A DNA stretch of 62,834 bases, the filler included, from Octopus bimaculoides (lineage: Eukaryota), in the NCBI RefSeq assembly GCF_001194135.2. It is 5 parts of 5 records of this genome, joined end to end, with 100 filler letters (N's around TTAATTAATTAA, not from the genome) between each part and the next. Parts side by side here need not be neighbours in the genome. Positions count along the whole stretch, not along the records: positions 1 to 7,331 come from NC_068990.1; positions 7,432 to 13,692 come from NC_068982.1; positions 13,793 to 37,105 come from NC_068985.1; 2 more parts are not named here. One strand, written 5' to 3'. The position numbers and the translations under genes were made by a program. A model generated the notes under the pieces. The model was not told where the DNA came from. It searched no databases and saw nothing but the letters and a program-made list of their open reading frames with translations. Every line of letters starts with the position of its first letter. Positions within the stretch are counted from its first letter, which is position 1. Below are positions 1 to 14,885 of this stretch, in pieces.

Positions 1-2049
1 TATATATATATTTGTATGTATGTATGTATGTGTGTGGGGGAGGGGGGGTCTTTTGAACTCTTGCCCACCATTCGTTTAATGAAAGACAAAAGTAACACAG
101 AATTCAAGTCAAGCACCATGTGTATGCATATACACACATGTACACACACACGCACGCACGCACACACGCACACGCACACGCATGCATACATAATACATAT
201 ACACATACATACATACACATATACATACATACATAGCCTCGCTATTTCACATAAATCCAAATTTACGCGTAAATAAAACTGTGGAAGACTCATTAACTGC
301 TTAAATTCTTTTTGTTTCAGTTGAACAACTGAGGTAATGCTGGCGTATAAGCTTCGAGGCATTGTGATTTGGCAGTATAATCGCATCACTTTTGAAGCTT
401 ACTTCAATTGTACCCTTTGATTTCGCTCACAATGTTTTCGATTCGATTAATGACTGGGTATTTAATACAAGTGTATAAAGTTATGTCGTTTGAATGTGGA
501 ATGCTAGCTTCCTCTTTCACTCTATTTCTTTCTTTCCTTCTTTCTTTCTCTCTCTCTCTTACACATATGCAAAGACACTTGCGCACAAATACACACATAT
601 ACACATTCACATACACATGTGCACACGCAAGTACACATCTGTAGCCATGAAAATGTATGGTCAGTTTCAAAAACGCCTCATGTTTAGAGGAACAATATTG
701 CAAAAATAGACGGCGGGATGTGCTGTTACAGAATATATATGTATGTATGTATATATGTATGTATGTATGTATGTATGTGTATATATATATATATATTCTT
801 GCTGGCTCCCATACAGTTAAACGCCACCAGCTTCCTGTCCAACCATGTAGTTCAAGAAATTCCCTTTCTAACGGAACTGCTATCACTGAATATATATATA
901 TATANNNNNNNNNNNNNNNNNNNNNNNNNNNNNNNNNNNNNNNNNNNNNNNNNNNNNNNNNNNNNNNNNNNNNNNNNNNNNNNNNNNNNNNNNNNNNNNN
1001 NNNNNNNNNNNNNNNNNNNNNNNNNNNNNNNNNNNNNNNNNNNNNNNNNNNNNNNNNNNNNNNNNNNNNNNNNNNNNNNNNNNNNNNNNNNNNNNNNNNN
1101 NNNNNNNNNNNNNNNNNNNNNNNNNNNNNNNNNNNNNNNNNNNNNNNNNNNNNNNNNNNNNNNNNNNNNNNNNNNNNNNNNNNNNNNNNNNNNNNNNNNN
1201 NNNNNNNNNNNNNNNNNNNNNNNNNNNNNNNNNNNNNNNNNNNNNNNNNNNNNNNNNNNNNNNNNNNNNNNNNNNNNNNNNNNNNNNNNNNNNNNNNNNN
1301 NNNNNNNNNNNNNNNNNNNNNNNNNNNNNNNNNNNNNNNNNNNNNNNNNNNNNNNNNNNNNNNNNNNNNNNNNNNNNNNNNNNNNNNNNNNNNNNNNNNN
1401 NNNNNNNNNNNNNNNNNNNNNNNNNNNNNNNNNNNNNNNNNNNNNNNNNNNNNNNNNNNNNNNNNNNNNNNNNNNNNNNNNNNNNNNNNNNNNNNNNNNN
1501 NNNNNNNNNNNNNNNNNNNNNNNNNNNNNNNNNNNNNNNNNNNNNNNNNNNNNNNNNNNNNNNNNNNNNNNNNNNNNNNNNNNNNNNNNNNNNNNNNNNN
1601 NNNNNNNNNNNNNNNNNNNNNNNNNNNNNNNNNNNNNNNNNNNNNNNNNNNNNNNNNNNNNNNNNNNNNNNNNNNNNNNNNNNNNNNNNNNNNNNNNNNN
1701 NNNNNNNNNNNNNNNNNNNNNNNNNNNNNNNNNNNNNNNNNNNNNNNNNNNNNNNNNNNNNNNNNNNNNNNNNNNNNNNNNNNNNNNNNNNNNNNNNNNN
1801 NNNNNNNNNNNNNNNNNNNNNNNNNNNNNNNNNNNNNNNNNNNNNNNNNNNNNNNNNNNNNNNNNNNNNNNNNNNNNNNNNNNNNNNNNNNNNNNNNNNT
1901 ATATATACATATATATTCTGCGTGACATCTTGAGAGAGGGAATGAGAGCAGACAGTGAGCAGACAGTTACTGAATCTATAAATTGATTCAGCAAAAGTTC
2001 AAAAGTTATTTGGAAAAGAATGTTTTGCCAAAGATATGGTTTGTCACAA

Positions 2050-3050
2050 TGACATTGGCCGTTCAAATTCAATATGTTCATAAAGTAACTCTTCCTCTAC
2101 AGAAAAGTACTCCATCGCAAGTAATGCATTTCTTCTATTTTGAAACTATATCCATTTGTATCCATTTCTTCATAGCCACTTTTACTTCGTCTATGCCATA
2201 AAATCATTGGGCCGAACAGGTTGAAGGGTGCCAAATCCAGACTGGATGGTTAGGATACAATTGAGTAGCCCGATGTACTAATTGCCTTATTTGTTAATAA
2301 AGATATTTGTGGTCGTGTATCTATATGGTGACTGTAGATCGTTTTCATATTCTTTTTACAGTCTTTTCCACCTGACACAATTTGAGTCTTAATGTCCAGC
2401 TTGCTGTTCATCGTACAGCCGCTTTCCAGAAGATCAAGGTGAATTACACCCTTATCATCCACCACCAGACCCACCAAAAGAGAGTCACCGTGGCTCACCA
2501 TGCTGATCATTGGCTCATCGATTTCTTAGGCCTTGGAGAAGAGATGCGATACCATTCCATGGTCTGGTCCTTCGTTTCTGGATCATAAAGATACTCATAT
2601 GTTTGATTCCTTGTCATCAAATCGGGGAAAAAATGTGATTTTGTTGGTTTGGTTTCAAATGCTTCCAGTGGATCAGAACAGATTACTATTCTTCTCTTAA
2701 TCTGGTGTCGACTGCTGAGGTACCCACTTTGCACACACTTTTCAGTACCCAGAGTTTTCCGCGTCTTCTATAATGCATTATCACCACAAACCATTTGTGC
2801 AACAAGCTCATTATGACTCGTCTGTCCATACGAATCAACTGACCCACTCGCTGGCAATTCGTGTCAGTGGTCGCAGTGGATGATCCCCCGTGGTATCGGT
2901 TTCTCGTCTTTTAAACTTCTTATTCCATTTGTGTGCATTGCTCTTGTCAATGATGTCATCTCCGTAGCCAACTTGTAGACTTCTGTGGATGTGGAACAGT
3001 TTGTAACGCTCTTTCCTCAACAAATCAATGACGGCGTATTGCTTTTGCTA
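2050..3050 (-). mobile_element. Decayed mariner transposase relic
   Basis: Fragmented frames give the HTH region (IHRSLQVGYGDDIIDKSNAHKW), YDPETK..MEW..SSPRPKK, DDKGVIHLDLLESGCTMNS and a PSSLDLAP-like motif, with frameshifts and stops. Confidence 0.85.
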
Positions 3051-3223
3051 AGAACCCATTATTACAACGAAGACAAACTGGAAGGAGAGTTATTGCATAG
3101 GAAGAGCTACTCTACAGACATTATGCAATTTGAAAAACCGATGTTAGTTAATTAAAAAAAATATGTTATGCTCACTGTTACATTTCTGTCGGTACAACCC
3201 TTGTGTGCGTGTGTGTGGGGGTA

Positions 3224-3277
<54 letters not shown>

Positions 3278-3477
3278 NNNNNNNNNNNNNNNNNNNNNNN
3301 NNNNNNNNNNNNNNNNNNNNNNNNNNNNNNNNNNNNNNNNNNNNNNNNNNNNNNNNNNNNNNNNNNNNNNNNNNNNNNNNNNNNNNNNNNNNNNNNNNNN
3401 NNNNNNNNNNNNNNNNNNNNNNNNNNNNNNNNNNNNNNNNNNNNNNNNNNNNNTCTCTCTCTCTCTCTCTCTCTCTC

Positions 3478-3526
<49 letters not shown>

Positions 3527-4442
3527 TAAGTTTAAAATTTCGCATTTGACTTGCTGAATTTAGCCTATAGATATTTCTTCTGTGAAGCAAGCCAATTGAG
3601 GTCACTCTCTAATGTGATGCATGAAGCCTTTCGTTTAGAGTCAGCGCCACTTAAAACCTAGCGCTATGTCAGTATTTATTCCGTCCGTCTATTAATCATG
3701 GTCAACTGCATACGTAGAATTATTCAAAATCTATAAATCTTACTTGCAGATTAAATACTTTCTTTTGAAGATCAAGCAGAAAATCTTGCGAGCTAGAATA
3801 TAGTAGAATCAAGTTAAACTTCCTAGAGAAATGAGTTATTTCGCATCTTTTATATGATGAAGCGATTAGTAAATACCAAAATTCTCAAGAAGACCGATAT
3901 GTAGAAAACTTTTGAATTAAAAAAGAAGGAAATCTTCATTATTATTAAATACAACTGCAGTATCAGCAGCAGCATTATCGATTACATAAATACCAGCGGT
4001 AGCCGTTCAAATTTATTAAAAACTTGTCTGGAAGTTTTCTTTGTCCAACACTATCAAGTTTCTTTGCTTATATCATCAGATATTCATGTATGCACCATAT
4101 GATCTATAAAGATTAGGACATCTTCAATCATATCTGACAGGCGACGTAACTGACTATATCAGAAGTGAGTGTATATACATACACACATACATACATACAT
4201 ACATACATACATACATACATACATACATACATACGTGTGTGTGTGTGTGTGTGTGTTTGAATAAATATATTTGTATTTCTCTGCGTGTTTGTACGTATCT
4301 CATGTATACGGTGAATGGAAGTTCTTTGAAATTAACGTTGTTTATGTGAACTTGTGGATAATGCATCATGTTCTAGCTACTAAACTTTATTTCCTTATTT
4401 CACTCACATTTCTCGATCCGCTTTTCTTCGAACACACACACG

Positions 4443-4477
<35 letters not shown>

Positions 4478-4479
4478 AA

Positions 4480-4553
<74 letters not shown>

Positions 4554-5711
4554 ATCTCTCCTCCATTTCAATCTAAATTTGGCAATGAACAACTGACACA
4601 GAACATTGAATATCTTACTTAACGTCTGATATGTAGAGAAATCAAATTAAGAAAACCGAATTTTATAAACTTATTCAATGAGAGGATTGAAATAAAATTT
4701 TGTAGCTTATTCAAACAGTCTATTGTTGTCTGGATTTCAACAAATCAGCTTGGTTATTGCTTGAAAATGAAAACACGAACATTTAATACATACTCAAATA
4801 GACACATAAAAATAATGAATGGATCTCCGTCAGTTTTGATGATGATCAACTAAGCCACATAGTCATTGAATTAACATATAACTGAATATTCACGGACATG
4901 CGTACCCTTAATCCCCACGCAAAAGCATCGTGACACAGTTACAATCTATTTTACAGGTTTCCGTACAGTTTCTAGATACCTAATTTCCATCACAAGGTAT
5001 GGATTAAGCCGAGGTTATAGTAGTAGACACTGGCCCAAGATGCCTCCGGCCAGCAGGTTGATTTTGTCGCCAATATCGCTAAGAGCATTATAGGTGTAAA
5101 ACTAATGGTGACTCCCTGACAAACATAACCAACAACTACATTAAATATTAGAGCTCAGAAGTTCATAAGGCGAGCTCTTTTACGGACTTATGAACGACTG
5201 ACCGATTGTGTGTGTGTGTGTGTGTACGCGCGCGCGTATGTGCGTGCGCATGTGTGTACGCAATTGAGGCAGTATAAAATTAAAATAGCCATCAATGTAT
5301 CATACTTAAAATATAGACACAGTTGATGGGCCAGTTACTGCGGTGTTTGTCTTGCGATGACATCTCTTATGGACGTGCTTTATCTTGTTCATGGAAATGT
5401 GATAAATGTAAACTCATGAGTTTCAGCAAGCAATGCAGTTCCTTACCTACTCGGTTCTTACACCGCCTCAAAATTTTTTTAAATACAAGGGCTATCTCCA
5501 CACAAGAACACTTTCATAAACTTTCGTTGAATAATACAGTAGAGAAGCAATGACCGCTTGCTTCCTGTAAATTTACTTTCAAATAATAACGTTATTCAAG
5601 TCTGATGAAAATAAAAAGGAAGATAAATATTAAAATTTTAAAAAGCAAGACCTGGTGTTAAAGACTGAATATTAATTTGCAAAGAATGAAATTATTAATT
5701 CTATATATTTA

Positions 5712-5931
5712 TTTTACTTGTTTCAGTCATTTGTCTGCGGCCATGCTGGAAGACCGTCTTTAGTCGAACAAATCGACGCTAGAACTTATTCTTTGTAAGC
5801 CTAGCACTTTATTCTATCGGTCTAGATTGCCGAACCGCTAAGTTACGGGGACGTAGACACACCATCATCAGTTGCCAAGCGATAGTGGAGGGACAAGCAC
5901 AGACACACAAATACATACATATATATATACA

Positions 5932-5990
<59 letters not shown>

Positions 5991-6154
5991 GCGGTGGGTT
6001 TCTTTCAGTTTCCGTCCACCAAATCTACTCATAAGGTTTTGGTCGGCATGAGGCTTTAGTAGAAGACATTTGACTAAGGTGCTACGCAGTGGGACTGAAC
6101 CCGGAACCATGTGGTTGTGAAGCAAGCTTCTTACCACACAGCCACTCCTGCGCC
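5712..6154 (-). mobile_element. tRNA-derived SINE (CORE-like body, internal TA/TACA microsatellite)
   Basis: Reverse copy of the family at 38528-38910, with A/B-box-like head (ggcgcaggagtggctgtgtggt...ggttcagtccc). Confidence 0.85.
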
Positions 6155-6159
6155 TATAC

Positions 6160-6316
6160 TGTATTCAAATTTTGGCACAAGGCTAGCCATTTCAGGGAAG
6201 TGGGTATGTCGATTACACAGTCGACCTCGGCGGAATTTTAACTTAGAACGTAAAGACGAATGAAATACTGCAAAGCATTTTTCCCAGCATGCTAAAAATT
6301 CTGCCAGCACACCGCC
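6160..6316 (-). mobile_element. tRNA-derived SINE, MetaSINE-like family
   Basis: Same family as 17350-17570, 50010-50145 and 62480-62705 (gtcgacctcggcggaattt...ctgccagc). Confidence 0.75.
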
Positions 6317-6329
6317 TTTTAATTTTATA

Positions 6330-6800
6330 TACGAGTTTTGGCTGAAACGGTCATAAGGTGACCAAGATATTGTCCTGGGATGTAGCCAGGTGAGGTTTAA
6401 TTTTTCAACATAGTCCCCCTTGCTAGCCATACATTTCTTCCATCGGTGATGCAGTGCATGGATCCCATTCATGAAGAAGCTTTTTTCGTGTTCGTTAAAA
6501 ACGTCATCAACAGCAGATATGACGTCATCATCACTGCGATATTGGTTCCCAATCAAGTGTTTTTTCATGTTAAGGAACAAATGATGGTCAGATGGATACA
6601 AATCAGGAGAATGTGGAACTTTCTGAAGATAATCGACAAACGCTGCACCTTTTGTATCCCAAAAACCTGAGGCTTGCAGATTACATCTTACAGTTACATC
6701 TTGCAGATGAAAGGACATTGATCTTCTTTAGAGCAGGTGAGGTGGGGTGTTTCCACTGCATGGATTGGCTCAAAGTGATGAAGCTAACACTCGTCCTGGG
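6330..6800 (-). mobile_element. Internally deleted mariner (transposase C-terminus plus one end with TA)
   Basis: FWDTKGAAFVDYLQK fused to PHSPDLYPSDHHLF...RWKKCMASKGDYVEK; the end reads ta|cgag. Confidence 0.9.
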
Positions 6801-7331
6801 TTATGAATCTTTCAAGGAAACAAGCTGGATTTATCTCAAACAATAGGGTACTGGAACCAAAGGATACTTATGGTATGATGATGACACTCGTTGAGAACTA
6901 TCATGGGATGTCAAAGCAAGGAGACAATAAAGCGCGCGTGCGTTTGTGTATAAACATATATGCGACAGGCTTCTTTCAATTTTTGTCTACCAAATATGGG
7001 TTTTGGTTGGCCCAGGGCGATAGTAGAAGACAGTTGCCCAAGGTGTTACCCACTAGAACTGAACTTGGACTCATCTGGATGAGAAACAAACTTTTTACTA
7101 CTCAACCATACCCGAGTGGATTTAGATAGGTTTCTTTATTAGCCACACAGGGCTCAACACAGAGGGGACAAAATACAAATGTAGAGTTTTTTCTTTTCGA
7201 GGGGGGCGAAAACAAAGCAGAAAAAAAAACAAAAGTGGGGACAACGATGAAAAAAAAACATCGCAAAACGTTTGGGGTATTTACAATAAATACGATATAA
7301 TACAGAAAATTCCCAATAAATGAGGAGGTTA

Positions 7332-7431
7332 NNNNNNNNNNNNNNNNNNNNNNNNNNNNNNNNNNNNNNNNNNNNTTAATTAATTAANNNNNNNNNNNNN
7401 NNNNNNNNNNNNNNNNNNNNNNNNNNNNNNN
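7332..7431. other. Artificial scaffold spacer 44N-TTAATTAATTAA-44N
   Basis: Exactly 100 bp; the linker gives stops in all six frames; identical spacers at 13693-13792, 37106-37205 and 54260-54359. Confidence 0.95.
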
Positions 7432-7890
7432 TATATATATATATATATATACATACATATGTATATATATATAGAGAGAGAGAGAGATAGAGAGGTGGAG
7501 GGAAAGACAGAGTGATACATAGTGTATGCTTTGATGCTGGCTATAAATTTTATTCTTTATTTTCTAAAGAAATAATAAATTTGAAGAATAACGCATTTTT
7601 CTAGCTGCTGAATTGTTAACTTTTGCTGTTTTCTGTTTTTTTAAATTTCCAAAATTCAATATACTCGCACTGTACATCACCGTTATATTTGCTTATCCCA
7701 ACGTGTCTGTGTGTGTGTGTATTTAGTAGTTCATTGAATGGCACATAGGTTAGTATTAGTGATAAATATTTGATCGTGCCGCATTATCTACTTTATATAT
7801 TACTGACATTAACCTGCCCTACACATCAGTGTTGCAGTGATAAATAGTTCATGAGAAATTTCTCATACTCCTAAAACAAAATCAATACTG

Positions 7891-8135
<245 letters not shown>

Positions 8136-8929
8136 TGCAACAACAACTGCATCATCAATAACACAAGTTCGTGGATGAGCAAAGTAATGATGATGAGGAT
8201 ATCAATAATAGAAAGCATAAACAAGAAAGAATAGTAAACAGAAAATAGATGCAAAACAATAAATGTCCTCCATTCCTGTTTCGTTCGAAGTTTTATTTAC
8301 ATTTTAAAATATTTAGAAGGAAATATCTGTTTATATAAACTATATTAGTAATTCTGGAAGCAGATAACGCTTTTAGAATTCAACATGTGTTGGAAATTCG
8401 GACACATTATCTTCATACAACCACAACTTTCACCTATTTTCTTATCTTACAATACTTCGTTCCGCACTTTTGTAATATATGTTATTGTTCCGTTTCTAAA
8501 CAAGCTAAGTAGTTTTATTTTAAAAAATGTATAATGCGGCGGGGTTAAATTTATATATCTATTCTGGATTATTTATTTGCTTTCACCAAGTGGCACACGT
8601 ATTATTACACTATAATTATTCGACTCGTATGCCAACAACATTTATGCAATACAGAAATAAACTAGCAAAGCATTGTGAAAGAAGTCAATATTTTTCAATA
8701 GAAGCATTTAGGAGATTAATCAGTAAATCCTCCTCTAATGTAGACTTGCTTCTGAAATTTCACACTTGACCGAATAAGAAAGCTGTTGTTAATAGTGTTT
8801 TACATATATGCATATCATGTTGATTTATGATAAACTACACATCCAAGCGCGCGCGCACGCACACACGCACACACACACAAACACCCATGCAAACAGACAC
8901 ACATGAACACATACACACTCTCACATATA

Positions 8930-8975
<46 letters not shown>

Positions 8976-9789
8976 TATTCATCTATGAAACCTTCATGAG
9001 TATATAATCTACACGCACACACGCACACATACACGTGTGTGAATGTCTGAATATGTGTCTGTGTGTTTGCGCGCGCGCACGCATCTGTGTATATAATATA
9101 TATAATGGATAAAGTTCTGTACTGAATGAAGTGAATGAGAGGAAACTAGAGAAGGACAATTTAAAATGTACACATAATGATGACACACATGCTAAGTGTA
9201 TTGCTTTTCAATATATATGAAAGGCATATCAGATGGAGGACGAAACATACACAGACAAGCATAAAAAATGATATACATGTGCACATTATAGCCATATTCG
9301 ATTGCTATTGTTGAAAGATATCATATAATATTACGCAGCAAAATAAATTTGGAGAGGAGAAAATAACAAAGTAACTGAATTATCTTTCCAGGGAAGTTTT
9401 TGCACAATCTTACGAGGAATATCAGGACATGCAAATCTATTCAACATGCATACAGTACACTCGATAAAAAGTCTCTACAACACATCTTCATCAAAACCCA
9501 CCAGAAACTCCAATTTCCATTTACTCGAACTCCATAATCCCAAGACAAATTTTATCGCAACGAAGACTATAAAAACACAAGATTGTCTTAATGTATCGCA
9601 GTGAAGAGACTGGGTTAGCTGGCTGAAGCTTCAAAGCCACTTTCAATAGTGAGTTTGGTAAAGAATTTTGTCTCTGATAATTGAAGCAAATGCAATTTTC
9701 GAGAATAGGAAAAACGTGTGCAGAAACAACGAACGGCTAATTATATATATAAATCTATACACACATACATATATACATACATACATACA

Positions 9790-9823
<34 letters not shown>

Positions 9824-12800
9824 CATACATACATGTTTGTGTACATACCATGACATAACCACATACCTTACTCAAACATGCACATACGTATACACAAGCA
9901 CGCGTAAATAATAAGTATTCGGTTGTTTGATTAACTAAACTGTCGGACACATTTTATTGTTTCTTGTGAATGACTGAGTATTCCACACTCCAATGTACAT
10001 GTCTCATAATTCTTAAGCACGATAAGCGTATGACATTATGACAAAACAGATACTTGAACGAGTCATAGTATCCCCTCGACTGTCTTTCTCATATATCTTT
10101 ATTTACAGTATATTAAGCGCCACAGGTCTATACAAGATAACGCTGAATGACGCATCCTCAATATCATTGTAACCATATTATAGGGAGAGGAACATATAAG
10201 CAATTTAACCTACTGCGTCTTTACTCGGTGGAACATCCGGAATGAGGCAGTTAGTAAGTGAAAGGACAGACCTGCACTATGATTGTAGTAGTTTAATAGA
10301 CAGAGCGATTGCAAAGATGTGTCTTGTTTATGCCAGATTGAATTATTTAAAAACTACTGGTAATAAAAACTAAAAATGAAATAATTTGCCTGCTTCATTT
10401 TAGCTAGTTTTCGCTATGTGAATTAAATCAAAAAGGAAGGAAATAGAAAGAAAAAACAAGCATTTGTAAACGCTCTGTAATCTTCTATTTTGAAATACTA
10501 TACATAACCTTTTCTTTTAAATAAGGATTTCTACGCAGATTTGATTGGAAACTTTCCTGCAAGCAAATAATTTCAAGAATGTGAAATTGCTATTAGATCT
10601 TAAATATCAGATCATGTTTGCTTGAAAATGTACTTAGAGAGGTTTGTGTAAGGTTTCCTTTCAGATTTTAACAATGAGTGAATATATTGATAGAAGTGGT
10701 TTCTAAAGGAATTGTTGCTTACTCTGATATAAAATTGTTGCTTACTCTGATTATCCGGTTGATTTGGACACAATAGATTAAAGAGAGCAAAAGTCAATTA
10801 TCGTTAAACAAACAATTATTAGGAATAAAAGAGATACAAGTTCGAAAAAAAGTCTATATTATTGTTGTTTATTAAGATTTAAGAAAATGTTAATGCAACC
10901 TTCTATTTTCATCCAACATGAATAGATATCAAAACGCTTAAGGTATTCATGATTTCAGGAATCAAATTTAAGCAATCTGTGGCACAATGGGAGCATATAT
11001 TTATGCAATATACTACATTATATTATGAAATACTTTACGTGTAATTTATCTCAGAAACCACAAATTTAGGCTCTTCATTATAATAAGAATGAGAGTCGAT
11101 ATGTAATGTTCACTGTTTTGAAGATAAAAACGATAACATTTACTGATACTTGAAAGAAACATTGCGAGATTAGGAGATTTAAACCTGTATTAATATCGCA
11201 TATTATCTTACGAATTCTACATTTTCTATTTGGTGATTATTAAGTTACATTTGTTAGCAACACAAAATGCAGGATATTCAAAGTATCCGCTAACATAGGA
11301 TTTATTTAACAGGTGCATATTAAAAGTATATGATATCTAAAACACTGGTATCTAGGAAGGAGTGCACTTTTGGTTTCTGTATAGAGTTAAAGTACAATTT
11401 TAACTTAATCGTTTATATATATCATGACATTTTTATAGTAATAAGATATCTCCCTAAAGCCTCAATCTCAGTAATGTCGAAGCAATTAGTAGATCTAATC
11501 TTAAAATCATGGAGCACATAAGAAAATACAAAATGTATTAACATGCTGTATCAAGAGATAATTCATCCTGTGTTGAGGCAAACGGAGATAAATTATTTCC
11601 GGGATACATAATGGCTCAGGCTCTAGGTTAAACGATAATATACAATTTTTGAAAATATGTTTTAATAATAATGTTCTATAGTGTAAGGCAGATTATACAT
11701 TTGCAGTAACTTTACTGTTTAACATACATGAACAGTTGAGATCTACATTGATTCTGAAAAAAATTGGAAAAATAGGTTTTCAAAATCATAGGTAATATCA
11801 CTCAGCATAGCCAATGCTTTGTGATTTTCTTTTTAAAAAGGCAAATGAAAACTGACTTTTCACAAGCAAAAATTATTAGCGATGGTACAATACGTTCGAA
11901 CGTTAATGTGGATAATTTTGTACCTGAACATGGTTAAGCTGATGCCCGAGAAACTGCAACAAGCAAGAAACTCATTACGCAGCGATATCCCATTTTAAAA
12001 CACTACGTCTCTCGGTTTTACATTACAAGCCGATTTAAGTCTTACCAACATGCATATATTATCAGTTTTTAACCGGAGTAGATAATTTTGTTTACTGATT
12101 CATATTTACGTGTAAATATTGGCATACATATGAGAGTTTTTGAATTTTTCCCACATTTGACTTGAAAACATTTCAGATAACGATGACTTCGTCAATTATT
12201 AGTATAGATTAGGTTTTACATTTCAGCCAAAGCTATTTTGCATGCTTTTGCATGCTTTTGATATGCAAAATACAATTCTAATTTCATAATCAACTAAATC
12301 ATTGCCATGAAATACACAAAGTAATGATTCGGGAAGCTTAATATTCTCATAAATTACGTTATTCTTCTTCTAATGTTGAGCATTCATGTACGCCCGCATG
12401 ACTACGTTCATGTATATACACGCGTCTCTGTTCACACACACACACACGCAAACGCACATACACACACAAGCACACACATATCTATCTCTCTATCTCTCTA
12501 TCTCTCTATATATCTCTCTATCTATCTATCTATCTATCTAACTATCTATATAAATATCTATACACACACACACACACACACACACATACACACACACANN
12601 NNNNNNNNNNNNNNNNNNNNNNNNNNNNNNNNNNNNNNNNNNNNNNNNNNNNNNNNNNNNNNNNNNNNNNNNNNNNNNNNNNNNNNNNNNNNNNNNNNNN
12701 NNNNNNNNNNNNNNNNNNNNNNNNNNNNNNNNNNNNNNNNNNNNNNNNNNNNNNNNNNNNNNNNNNNNNNNNNNNNNNNNNNNNNNNNNNNNNNNNNNNN

Positions 12801-12849
12801 NNNNNNNNNNNNNNNNNNNNNNNNNNNNNNNNNNNNNNNNNNNNNNNNN

Positions 12850-12884
<35 letters not shown>

Positions 12885-13660
12885 GCACCAGTCTATCTAA
12901 CTATATCTCTCTCTACCTCTGCCTCCCTCTCCACCTCTCTCTCTTTCTCTCTCTCCATACATATATATATATTGGTAAATAGATAGATGGATAGCTACAT
13001 AGATGGAATGTGTATATGTTAATGAATTCACACACAGGCGCACACAGTATATTATTTACTTGTATCTAACTGTTAACTTCATGACTTCTTTCTATATTTT
13101 ATTGAGTTTATTTTTAATCATTCCTACTGAATGGCATACCACCTTCTTGCGATATATTTTGTATTCTTTTTATTAAAGAAATTGAAAAAAATATAGTTAC
13201 ATTTTGTTATTCACCATTATAGATACTGGTGGCTTTAATAAGTATTCTGAAGCTTTTACTATGTTTTCTTTGTTATATATTATTATTGATCATGTTAGTA
13301 CAATACTATTGATATTAATATCATTTTCCATATATTATTGGCGGATGTATTTCTTGTTTTTTGTCGTGTTTTATTTTGTTCTTTTTCTCGTCTGTACCTC
13401 CTTATCCACTCATTTTAATCCAATTATTTTTATGTCTTTTATTAAGTTTGATCATAGTAAGCTGCATCTTCTTTCGAATTGACGTTATGTTCTCGTTGTA
13501 TGCATCAGACAAATCTCACATGGTGTGGAAATACATTTCATGCAGCTTTCCTTAATTATTTAACAGATACCTTGTATTAACATCCAGTCATTTCATTTTA
13601 ATAACATGTAATGCTAGTTGAAATATATTTGATTGTGCGTTTTCTATATTTAGTATCGTC

Positions 13661-13692
<32 letters not shown>

Positions 13693-13792
13693 NNNNNNNN
13701 NNNNNNNNNNNNNNNNNNNNNNNNNNNNNNNNNNNNTTAATTAATTAANNNNNNNNNNNNNNNNNNNNNNNNNNNNNNNNNNNNNNNNNNNN
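13693..13792. other. Artificial scaffold spacer
   Basis: 44N-TTAATTAATTAA-44N. Confidence 0.95.
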
Positions 13793-14170
13793 ATGTGTCC
13801 ATAGCTTGCACCGGGTACATCTTATAGAGTTACTACCTACTCCTTTTCTACATACTGAGCAGGGCCATCTACCTGAAGGGGTTTGTGTTTTATCTACCTT
13901 CCTACTTATTAGGATTTTGGTTTTAGCTAGGTTGACTCTAAGGCCCTTCAATTCTAGACCTTGCTTCCACACCTGAAACTTCTCCTCTAGTTCTGATAGT
14001 GACTCCGCAATTAGGGCAAGGTCATCAGCATAGAGGAGCTCCCAGGGGCAACCTGTCTTGAACTCCTCTGTGATTGCCTGGAGGACTATGGTAAATAATA
14101 GGGGGCTGAGGACGGAACCTTGGTGGACCCCTACCTCTACCCGGAATTCATTGCTGTACTCATTTTGTCG
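13793..14170 (-). mobile_element. RTE LINE reverse-transcriptase fragment (inverted 5' part)
   Basis: VGVHQGSVLSPLLF...LLYADDLAL (RT motifs including YADD); same family as 42648-46157. Confidence 0.92.
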
Positions 14171-14837
14171 GACATAAGAAGCATCGAATGTGGCATGCAA
14201 GAGAGACGTTTGCGCTGGTATGATCATGTACTACAGATGGATGATGAGAGCTGTGTGAAGAAGTGCCACTCCCAAACAGTTGAGGGAATCCGGAGTAGAG
14301 GGAGACCCAGGAAGACATGGGATGAGGTGGTCAAGCATGACCTTCGAACGTTGGGCCTCACAGAGGCAATGATGAAAGACAGGAACCTCTGGAGATATGC
14401 TGTGCCTGTGAAGACCCAGCAAATAAAGTGAGTTCACGGATGTATCCTACACCAGTTTTGCATAACCAGCCCTAGCTCATTCAAAAGTACCTTAGATTGT
14501 AGGGTGACCTGCTGTGGTTGTGGAGACCTATTGAGTCAAGTACATCAACATCAAAATGAAAATCAAATGGAAATTGTAGTTGTGATACCCGTGCTGGTGG
14601 CACGTAAAAAGCACCATCCGAACGTGGCTGATGCCAGCACTGCCTTGATGGGCTTCCGTGCTGGTGGCACATATAAAGCACCATCCGATCATGGCCGTTA
14701 CCAGCCTTCTCTGGCCCTTGTAAAAAGCATGTAAAAAGCACCCACAACACTCATAGAGTGGTTGGTGTTAGGAAGGGCATCCAGCTGTAGAAACACTGCC
14801 AGATCAGACTGGAGCCTGGTGCAGCCTCCTGGCTTCT
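14171..14837 (+). mobile_element. RTE LINE ORF C-terminus and 3' UTR
   Basis: ERRLRWYDHVLQMD...RGRPRKTWDEVV; the UTR matches 45560-46100. Confidence 0.9.
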
Positions 14838-14847
14838 NNNNNNNNNN

Positions 14848-14885
<38 letters not shown>

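Noticed and set aside
16-1986. Long ORFs with YI/HT/CV repeats and X runs
   Set aside because: Artefacts of dinucleotide and tetranucleotide microsatellites and N gaps. The same applies to ORFs at 3144-3605, 12373-12900, 26890-27114 and 52350-52825.
9401-9603. Open frame of ~67 codons after an acceptor-like tttccag
   Set aside because: No recognisable homology and no partner exons.
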